64,000 nucleotides of DNA, taken from positions 3,362 through 67,361 of the forward strand of contig JABMRT010000064.1 of assembly GCA_013202295.1 (NCBI GenBank), written 5' to 3'. Made by a program: the position numbers and the translations under genes. The notes beneath the pieces were generated by a model. That model was given only the letters and a program-made list of their open reading frames with translations. It ran no database searches and was not told the DNA's origin. The stretch is from Candidatus Zhuqueibacterota bacterium (GTDB taxonomy: Bacteria > Zhuqueibacterota > QNDG01 > JABMRT01). How positions within the stretch are numbered: the first letter of the stretch is position 1; each line of letters opens with the position of its first letter. Below are positions 1 through 7,510 of the stretch, piece after piece.

Positions 1-442
1 AGTCAGTAGAAATACCGAGGCCGTCAAGTAGTTTGCCCGCATCGGATTCTGCTTCATATCCATCAAGATCGTCCAGCTCACCATAGATTTCTGACAGCCG
101 GATGCCCTCTTCATCGGTCATCTCGGATTTGTCCTCGAGTAGCGTTTTTTCAGTCAGGACTTTGAATAATTCCGGATGACCCATTAGGGCTGTTTGCATG
201 ACAGTAAATTCATCGAATGCAAAATGATCCTGACTGAGTGTGGCGATTCGTTTTCTTCGTGGAAGGTGAATTTCTCCGGAACTGATATCGACTTCACCTG
301 AAAGTGCTTTTAGAAAAGTCGACTTTCCGGAGCCATTTGCCCCGATCAGTCCGTAGCAGTTTTCTTCCATAAATTTGATTGATACATCCTTAAATAGAAT
401 TTGTTCACCAAATATAATTGATAGTTCGGTCGTTGATATCAT
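1..442 (-). CDS. ABC-F family ATPase (YbiT/YkpA-like), N-terminal part, runs off the window edge
   Basis: Not in the ORF track. Manual translation from ATG at 442: MISTTELSIIFGEQILFKDVSIKFMEENCYGLIGANGSGKSTFLKALSG...LSQDHFAFDEFTV...GYEAESDAGKLLDGLGI, with Walker A GANGSGKST and the ABC-F Q-loop/arm region. Confidence 0.9.
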   Translation of the reverse strand, partial: MISTTELSIIFGEQILFKDVSIKFMEENCYGLIGANGSGKSTFLKALSGEVDISSGEIHLPRRKRIATLSQDHFAFDEFTVMQTALMGHPELFKVLTEKTLLEDKSEMTDEEGIRLSEIYGELDDLDGYEAESDAGKLLDGLGISTD

Positions 443-672
443 TCTTGTTCTTTCAATTAGTACTTAATTTTAATTTATCTCAATCGTTTCAAGTTACATT
501 TATTATTTATCCTGATTCGCATCCATATGCGATGGAGCCGGACAAACTACGTCTTTGTAAGCAATTAACCAAGTATTTAATTTTATTTCTACAAAAGTTC
601 TTTTTTTTCAAAGTTACTTTATTTATGAGGCAATGCGTGGTGAATTTGAACGCATGTTAACTATAAAATTGT

Positions 673-701
673 TTGCATACAACGATTCTCCTCGATATAT
701 T
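673..701 (+). promoter_or_regulatory. Putative sigma70-type promoter
   Basis: TTGCAT(673-678)-17 nt-TATATT(696-701) upstream of the 815 CDS. The same TATATT -10 recurs at two other promoters in the window. Confidence 0.45.
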
Positions 702-814
702 CTTATGTTCATACCCAAATTGAATTTTTAAATGATAATTCCGCGGAAGATGTCGTTTTCACACTTCGTCTCCAGACCAACCAGGTACGGAGAAATAATC
801 GAGGAGGGTTAAAC

Positions 815-2959
815 ATGTTATCTCGACTTCTAATCCTTACAATTTCATTTTTCATTACAGGCACCTCTTATTCTCAGATAGTCGCTGATTTTATCGGATC
901 TCCACGGTTCGGATATGCACCTATGAATGTGGTGTTCACCGATCAATCGACCAATGCCACGTCGTGGACATGGAGCTTCCCTGGAGGATCACCAAACAGT
1001 GCCACAGGACAGGGCCCTCATATCATCGCTTATAATTCTGCGGGTTCTTTTAATGTGTCATTAATGGTTCAGGGCATGACCACCCATATGATCATCGACA
1101 TTGAAACCAAACAGAATTATATCACAATGAATGTGCCTGAACTGGATTTCGGAGATGCACCGTCTCCTTACCCCACCATAGCAGCAGATCCCGGTGTGAT
1201 GATTCGGACTATACTGCCATCATGTAAATTGGGGGCTTTAATTGATGGGGAAACAGACGGGCAGCCTGATCCAAATGCTGTGGGTGACGACAACACAGGA
1301 CTTGATGATGAAGACGGTGTCACCTTCCATTGGCTCATTCAGGGAAAGGGACAGACATTTGTTACGGTCGATTTCTCTGACCCCGGTTTGTCTGCACACA
1401 ATGGATTGCTGAATGCCTGGATTGATTTTGATGGAGACAGCATCTGGGAGGCTGAGGAAAAGATATTTAACTCTGTCATCTTAACACGGGGTGAAGTCCA
1501 TGAATTGTATTTTTCTGTCCCAGATTCCGCTGTCCTTGGAAAGACATTTGCTCGGTTTGTTTTAACCTCAGCAAGACCTTGGGTGCCGATATCAGGCATC
1601 CCTGTGGGGGAGGTCGAGGATTATGAAATTGAAATTCTCAGCCCCTATGATTATGGAGACGCACCCTCTCCTTATCCGACACGGCTCAGTGATCCGGGTT
1701 CTGTGCACCGTACCTGGTCCTATCAATTTAGAATGGGGTGGGGGCAAACGGATGGAGAACCGGATGGTCAGCCTGATATTCATGCTCTGGGAGACGATAA
1801 TACAGATACTGATGATGAAGACGGTGTAGTGCTTGAAACGCCCTGGTCGGGATTGTTGCCCTTGTTTGATGCTGATGCTATTATTGACTTTACCACATCC
1901 TCGTGGGATGGCTTGATCGATGGCTGGATCGATTATGATCAGAACGGCATCTGGGAAAATGAGGAACAGATACTTAATTCCGAAGTACTGGCACCAGGTG
2001 ATATTCATACATTCACCTTTGAAGTGCCTGCGGATGCCGAACCGGGGACAACATTTGCACGATTTATACTCACGGCTCAGGATCCGGCTGATACAAATTT
2101 TGCTGGTATTCCTGCTGGCGAAGTGGAAGACTATGAGGTGTTCATTGAACCCAATCTTGATTTTGGGGATGCGCCTGCACCTTATCCTACTTTGCGTGCC
2201 GATCCCGGTGTGACATTCCGAGCCAGCTATCCAAACATGACTCTGGGATTTACAGTAGATTCAGAGCTGGATGGTCAACCTGATGTGGATGCTTTAGGGG
2301 ATGACAATGATGGTTCTGATGATGAGGATGGAGTGACCATCAACTGGCTCAATGCAGGTGAAGAGGGTACGGCCTATATCAGTCATCCAATCATTGACGG
2401 TGATACACTCTATGATGGACTACTTGATGCCTGGATTGACTTTGATCAGAATGGTGCATGGGAAGAGGATGAGCACGTGATCGATTCATATCTGGTGGAG
2501 CCGTTTACCGGAACCCTTGGTGTAACATTTGATGTGCCTGCCACAGCAATTACAGGCTACACATATGGTCGGTTTGTATTGACAGATGCAGATTCAGCTG
2601 AACATCACGAAGGAGTCTTTTGGGGTGAAGTGGAAGATCATCAGATTCAGGTTCTGCCCTCAACAGGTGTCAATGATGAGGAGAAGAATATCCCTTCAGA
2701 GTTCTATCTTGATCAGAACTATCCCAATCCATTCAATTCAAAAACCAAGATTCGATTTGGTGTAAAAGAGCAATGTCATGTGCTCCTTAAGGTTTTCAAC
2801 GTGTTGGGAGAAGAAGTCGGGACACTGGTTGATGAAGAATTCACCGCTGGAAGCTATGATGTTGATTTTATTACCATTAATCTAACATCCGGGATTTATT
2901 TCTATACTATTCAGATGAATGATTTCACAGATATTCAAAAGATGGTTGTTTTAGAATAA
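815..2959 (+). CDS. Secreted protein: PKD domain + 3 GEVED-type repeats + C-terminal sorting (T9SS type A/FlgD-like) domain
   Basis: Signal peptide; PKD-like 'FTDQSTNATSWTWSFPGG'; three units DFGDAP..YPT...D.EDGV...WIDFD...GEVED; C-terminal 'LDQNYPNPFNSKTKIRF...SGIYFY...KMVVLE'; RBS GAGGAGG. Confidence 0.85.
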   Translation: MLSRLLILTISFFITGTSYSQIVADFIGSPRFGYAPMNVVFTDQSTNATSWTWSFPGGSPNSATGQGPHIIAYNSAGSFNVSLMVQGMTTHMIIDIETKQNYITMNVPELDFGDAPSPYPTIAADPGVMIRTILPSCKLGALIDGETDGQPDPNAVGDDNTGLDDEDGVTFHWLIQGKGQTFVTVDFSDPGLSAHNGLLNAWIDFDGDSIWEAEEKIFNSVILTRGEVHELYFSVPDSAVLGKTFARFVLTSARPWVPISGIPVGEVEDYEIEILSPYDYGDAPSPYPTRLSDPGSVHRTWSYQFRMGWGQTDGEPDGQPDIHALGDDNTDTDDEDGVVLETPWSGLLPLFDADAIIDFTTSSWDGLIDGWIDYDQNGIWENEEQILNSEVLAPGDIHTFTFEVPADAEPGTTFARFILTAQDPADTNFAGIPAGEVEDYEVFIEPNLDFGDAPAPYPTLRADPGVTFRASYPNMTLGFTVDSELDGQPDVDALGDDNDGSDDEDGVTINWLNAGEEGTAYISHPIIDGDTLYDGLLDAWIDFDQNGAWEEDEHVIDSYLVEPFTGTLGVTFDVPATAITGYTYGRFVLTDADSAEHHEGVFWGEVEDHQIQVLPSTGVNDEEKNIPSEFYLDQNYPNPFNSKTKIRFGVKEQCHVLLKVFNVLGEEVGTLVDEEFTAGSYDVDFITINLTSGIYFYTIQMNDFTDIQKMVVLE

Positions 2960-3001
2960 TTCATGTAGTATCCCAGTCATCAGGAATAAGGAGTCTGGAT
3001 A

Positions 3002-4162
3002 ATGAGTGCTAAAAAATTAAATAGAAGAGATTTTATTAAAACCTCCGCGGCGATTGGGGCTGTAGCTTTGACACCTGCTGTTTTTGGGGCTTTTTCCAGT
3101 TCTCCCGAAAAAACAGATGAATATTATAATACCCTTGCAGATGCATTGAACAAACTCCCCAATGCATTTCCCAGAACGGAATCCAATATCGAACTCCAGG
3201 TACTAAAAAAGATCTTTACTCCCGAGGAAGCCTGGCTATGTGGACAGCTCACCATTGAGTTTGAATCCATTGACAGTATTGCAGAACGTATCGGGCTCTC
3301 GGTTGAGGAAACCAGGGCACGTTTGGAGGAGGTGTCAAAGAAAGGATGCCTCTGGGGCAGTGTTCAACGGGGAGCTGTCAGACTGGCTCCTTTTATTGTC
3401 GGGATTTATGAGGCACAATTGTGGGAGATGGACCATGAACTTGCACATCTGGTGGAAGAGTATTTTGATGAGGGCGGTGTGGAGTTCATGCGGCCGCAAC
3501 CTGCCATTCATCGTGTGGTTCCCGCACAGAGTTCAACAAAATCAGAATGGATCCTTCCCCAGGATGATATTAAAGCGCTTCTGAAGACAATGGTATCCTT
3601 TCGTGTGCGTGATTGTATCTGTCGCGTCCAGCAGGAGCTAATTGGTGAGAGAAAATGTGATTATCCAAAGAATGTTTGTCTCAATTTCTCCCCGGTTGAA
3701 CGACCTCCGTCAGAGCGGGATCTCTCATTGGAAGAAGCGCTCGCTCTCATCGATGAAACGGAAAAAGTCGGATTGGTACACTCAGTCAGTAATGTCGCGG
3801 AAGGATTTTACTATGTCTGCAATTGCTGCGGGTGCTGCTGCGGGATTCTTCGTGGCATTACTGAGTATGGTATCGAAAAATCGGTTGCAGCTGCTAATTA
3901 TATTGCGAGTATTGATCCTGAAAAATGTGAGGGATGTGGCACCTGTGCCCAGAGATGTCATGTTGATGCAATATCGCCAGTTGATGGGAAATCCGTGGTC
4001 GATAAAGATAAGTGTATCGGGTGCGGGCTTTGTGTCACAGGTTGTCCACATGGGGTTGCACAATTGGAACGTAAACCCGACAATGAAATCATCCAGCCAC
4101 CCAAGGATTTCGGGACATGGGAGCATGAACGGCTGGTGAATCGGGGACTGAAGTCCATATAA
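3002..4162 (+). CDS. Multi Fe-S cluster protein with twin-arginine-like N-terminus and C-terminal 2x[4Fe-4S] ferredoxin domain
   Basis: NRRDFIK plus hydrophobic stretch; CICR...C...C, CNCCGCCC, CEGCGTCAQRC and CIGCGLCVTGCP motifs; RBS AAGGAG. Confidence 0.8.
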   Translation: MSAKKLNRRDFIKTSAAIGAVALTPAVFGAFSSSPEKTDEYYNTLADALNKLPNAFPRTESNIELQVLKKIFTPEEAWLCGQLTIEFESIDSIAERIGLSVEETRARLEEVSKKGCLWGSVQRGAVRLAPFIVGIYEAQLWEMDHELAHLVEEYFDEGGVEFMRPQPAIHRVVPAQSSTKSEWILPQDDIKALLKTMVSFRVRDCICRVQQELIGERKCDYPKNVCLNFSPVERPPSERDLSLEEALALIDETEKVGLVHSVSNVAEGFYYVCNCCGCCCGILRGITEYGIEKSVAAANYIASIDPEKCEGCGTCAQRCHVDAISPVDGKSVVDKDKCIGCGLCVTGCPHGVAQLERKPDNEIIQPPKDFGTWEHERLVNRGLKSI

Positions 4163-4181
4163 TGTAGAAGGGATGTTTTAT

Positions 4182-4210
4182 CTCGTTCCCACGCAGAGCA
4201 TTGGAACGAG
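4182..4210. repeat. REP-like palindrome
   Basis: CTCGTTCC-cacgcagagcatt-GGAACGAG inverted repeat between convergent genes. Confidence 0.55.
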
Positions 4211-4267
4211 TGATTTTTGCCCCGGCATTTCGGTTCCGGGATTTTATTTATATTATTTCCACATACC

Positions 4268-4343
4268 TGTCATTCCGGTAATCTTTTAAGCCGGAATCCA
4301 CCCATACCCTTCACCCTGGATTCCCGCGTTCGCGGGAATGACA
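4268..4343. repeat. Inverted doublet of REP-like palindromes (GTCATTCC...GGAATCCA type)
   Basis: TGTCATTCCGG-taatcttttaag-CCGGAATCCA (4268-4300) and TGGATTCCCGCG-tt-CGCGGGAATGACA (4317-4343); the two units are inverted relative to each other. Confidence 0.7.
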
Positions 4344-4417
4344 ATTAGAGAGCATCATTTTCCGACAAACAGGAATAGGTTTTCCAAACGATGATTGTAT
4401 CGATTTTAATTTATGAT

Positions 4418-7400
4418 TTAACGCCAGTCGAAGAGGTCTTCGCTGAATTTCATGCGGAATGTCATGTAGAAGTTGGAGTAGTTGTATTCTGAATAGCTGA
4501 AGTCCGGATCATCAAAATTCTTGACAATGTATCCGAGACCGAGCTGCATGTTTTTGCGGAGCAGATAATTAACATCCACGCCGAGTCCTGTTTTCATCTG
4601 ATTGATGGGTTGAAGCTGAACCACGCGGGTATCAATGCCGAGGCTCCAGCGTTTGAGCATTTCAATTTCCGTCCTTAACAAATAAAGCAACGTTGTAGTC
4701 TTGCTGCTGAATAAACCCTGTTCCTCATCCAATAATTGCCGCATGGCGAAACGCCCGCCGAATTCGAGCCATGAAAGTGGCTGGAAATATCCATGCATCG
4801 AAACAATGATGCGATCCAGCCGGGTTTGTGGTTGGACATGTGTGTTCTGATCCGTGAGATACTGAACCTTGGCCACGGTGTTAAAGACATCCTGTAATTC
4901 GGGTCGGTATGCGACACCGAGTTGATAATTGCCGCGAATCCATTTGTCCGTTGTTTTTCCGATAAAACGGGAATCGGAATGTTCCAGCTTGGTAATGACG
5001 CTGAGTCCATTCAGAATCTTGAACTGATTGCCCTGTGTGATAATGATTTTTCGTACGGTTTTATCCTTAAATAACTCAAATTTGCCCGTTGATTTCAATG
5101 GCATGGCAGGCAGGTATTCATAGGACATGGAGATTGCATTATGATCGGGTGTGGGAATTTCGAGTGAGTCGATGGTTGCCCGGCTTTCGAGCGCGACATT
5201 GAGTGTCAGGTCTTCACGTACTTTCCAAAGGTTTCTCAAACCAATACTTGCTCGATTTAGCTGTTCACCGGCCGCGCCGCCAATCTCATACTTGCCGTCC
5301 AGCTGTGTGTTGTCGAAGAGTTGGGAATCAAATCCAAGCACGGTCTGTGACTTGTTCAATCCCGATGTCAGGAACTTCTGTTTCACAAACAGGTTTAATT
5401 GCTCCGTTAATTTATATGACAAACCAATCGAAGTGCCCGTGGGTTTGGATTGATCCGTAGATCCCAGGTTCTGCTCATGTTCCACCAGGGTTGAAAGCCT
5501 GCTGCCCAATTCGTACGTTACTTGTCCACGAATCAGATTTGATTGATAGGAACGGGTCTGTGTAGAATCAGATCCTACTTGCTTGCGAAGCGCGTTTTCA
5601 TAGCCAAGCCGAAGCTTGGTTTTTTCATTGAGGCTGTATTGATAATGCGTATTGGCCACGCGGACATGGCTTTCGTTGACTGAACCTATCTGATTGAATT
5701 GACGGTAATACTCAGATTCTACTGTTCCGTACTTATCCAGTTTGAATGTGCCAGACGCGCCATATTTCTCTGCGCCCTGGTCGAAGCGGCTTCCGGTTTG
5801 GGAAGCATTCAGGAAGGTGTTGTCCATACTGCGATAGTAGCCTTCAAGATTGACCATGCGATGCGGTGCCAGTTTCAATTCGGTTTTCCAGGCCTGTCCG
5901 GATTGCTCGCCGCTTGAGAAATCCGAATTTCTCGAGTGTGCAAGTTCTCCATTTACAGTGATCCACGAGAAAATGGGCAAGGATAAATCCGTACCGTACA
6001 GCATGTAATTGGAGGGTTCTTTCTCCTCGATAATCAGTGAGGATCCCACTTTCAAACGACCCAGGAATTGTCCATCATATCGCACACCGCCGATTGCTGA
6101 TTTGTCTTCGTTTGACTCATACTCATACGCACATACGATATAGACCGGATTGCCTCTGCTGTCTACACTGGGTACAGGCTGTTTGAACATGAGTGTGCCG
6201 TCCACGAAATTGATGTCGTAATCCTGGTAACGGATTTTTTCTGTTGATTTCAACACTTTTTCCGGATGATAGCGATCACGAACTTCAATGCGGATTTTGT
6301 CTGAATTAATCGTGATTCGTCCGACATTCAGGTAATAATAGCCGGATATGCCTTCACCCCGGACCTCATCCAGTTTCATCTTGCGGTTATTGAGTGTGGC
6401 GAATCCAGTTAAAGTATGATCCCAGGCCTTTACATGTCCCTGGAATCCGGTGAACGATCGATCATACGCGGTAAATTCCGTGCCCCGCATTTCGGTGTTG
6501 AAATCTCCGAGAACCATGTAGGATTCATTCCGCTCAATCTTGCCGTAGAATTTGGACTGGGTCTGTGCATCGTAGCTGATTTGACTGGCATCTCCGTAAA
6601 GCGCGTATTGCTCGTTCGGGTCCAAATCGCGGAAGAGCTGGTCTTTCATTTCACGCTTGCTGTCATACGAGGCCGTGACATTGTATTGGTTAAATACACT
6701 GCCCTTGGCGTAGAATGCAGCATGTCTTGAAACCGGAACCTCTTTGATTTTGCCTTCTTCGTTGGTGTAATCGGCCATCGAGAACTTTGGTTCATGCATC
6801 TCGTCGCCGTTCGTTTGATAGAGGGATGCAGAAGCATCCGCCGACCCGACCAGAATGAACGATGCCAGTGCGGTTGTATACTGCACCGGGATTTCCAGGG
6901 TCGTGCCTTCCGCGTACACATCCAATGTGGCTGTGCCCACTTGGTCATCGGCCTGGATTGTGAACTCCAGTTTGCCGTCCGTCACAAGCAGTTGAATTCC
7001 CGCCATGTTGGTGTCCAAGTCGGTCTCAATTAGAGATCCTTCCGTCAGAGAGACTTTGGCTACCTTTATCCAAGGCACATTGTATCCCCATTCGTCCTGG
7101 AATTGTACACTCACCGATTGAAGCGATCTGCCATCCGCAGCGAGCGAGATTTTCTCAGGATTCACCTTGATTTGCTCAGGCGGGCCCACGACATGAATCT
7201 TGCGTGCATTTTGATAGATTTTATTTCCTGCACCCATGGCTTCCGTTCTCAATTCAATCGGGCCATACGGCACCGGAACATTGAGGAAGTCATAAATGCC
7301 GTCAATTCGGATTGTTCCTGAATCTGCCAATACTTCATTGACGTAAAGCCATGCAGGATTTCCGGCTTTGCCATAGATCGTGACAGCAATATGATGCAGT

Positions 7401-7510
7401 CCTTCCACAGCATCTTTCTTGGGATTCAGAATGACTACCTGTCCCTGAGCTGCCGTCATTGCTGTCAGGCAAATCCAAAAAACGAGCTTATGTAATTTAC
7501 GCCATTTCAT
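4418..7510 (-). CDS. Large outer-membrane beta-barrel protein with N-terminal Ig-like domains; last gene of the DUF11 operon
   Basis: Signal peptide; Ig/invasin-like 'LAADGRS...FQDEWG'; long amphipathic beta-strand region; C-terminus 'NFYMTFRMKFSEDLFDWR'. Start overlaps the upstream stop (TGATG). Confidence 0.75.
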   Translation of the reverse strand: MKWRKLHKLVFWICLTAMTAAQGQVVILNPKKDAVEGLHHIAVTIYGKAGNPAWLYVNEVLADSGTIRIDGIYDFLNVPVPYGPIELRTEAMGAGNKIYQNARKIHVVGPPEQIKVNPEKISLAADGRSLQSVSVQFQDEWGYNVPWIKVAKVSLTEGSLIETDLDTNMAGIQLLVTDGKLEFTIQADDQVGTATLDVYAEGTTLEIPVQYTTALASFILVGSADASASLYQTNGDEMHEPKFSMADYTNEEGKIKEVPVSRHAAFYAKGSVFNQYNVTASYDSKREMKDQLFRDLDPNEQYALYGDASQISYDAQTQSKFYGKIERNESYMVLGDFNTEMRGTEFTAYDRSFTGFQGHVKAWDHTLTGFATLNNRKMKLDEVRGEGISGYYYLNVGRITINSDKIRIEVRDRYHPEKVLKSTEKIRYQDYDINFVDGTLMFKQPVPSVDSRGNPVYIVCAYEYESNEDKSAIGGVRYDGQFLGRLKVGSSLIIEEKEPSNYMLYGTDLSLPIFSWITVNGELAHSRNSDFSSGEQSGQAWKTELKLAPHRMVNLEGYYRSMDNTFLNASQTGSRFDQGAEKYGASGTFKLDKYGTVESEYYRQFNQIGSVNESHVRVANTHYQYSLNEKTKLRLGYENALRKQVGSDSTQTRSYQSNLIRGQVTYELGSRLSTLVEHEQNLGSTDQSKPTGTSIGLSYKLTEQLNLFVKQKFLTSGLNKSQTVLGFDSQLFDNTQLDGKYEIGGAAGEQLNRASIGLRNLWKVREDLTLNVALESRATIDSLEIPTPDHNAISMSYEYLPAMPLKSTGKFELFKDKTVRKIIITQGNQFKILNGLSVITKLEHSDSRFIGKTTDKWIRGNYQLGVAYRPELQDVFNTVAKVQYLTDQNTHVQPQTRLDRIIVSMHGYFQPLSWLEFGGRFAMRQLLDEEQGLFSSKTTTLLYLLRTEIEMLKRWSLGIDTRVVQLQPINQMKTGLGVDVNYLLRKNMQLGLGYIVKNFDDPDFSYSEYNYSNFYMTFRMKFSEDLFDWR

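Noticed and set aside
418..660. 80-aa plus-strand ORF
   Set aside because: Overlaps the start of the minus-strand ABC-F gene and an AT-rich promoter region; no RBS or recognisable motif.
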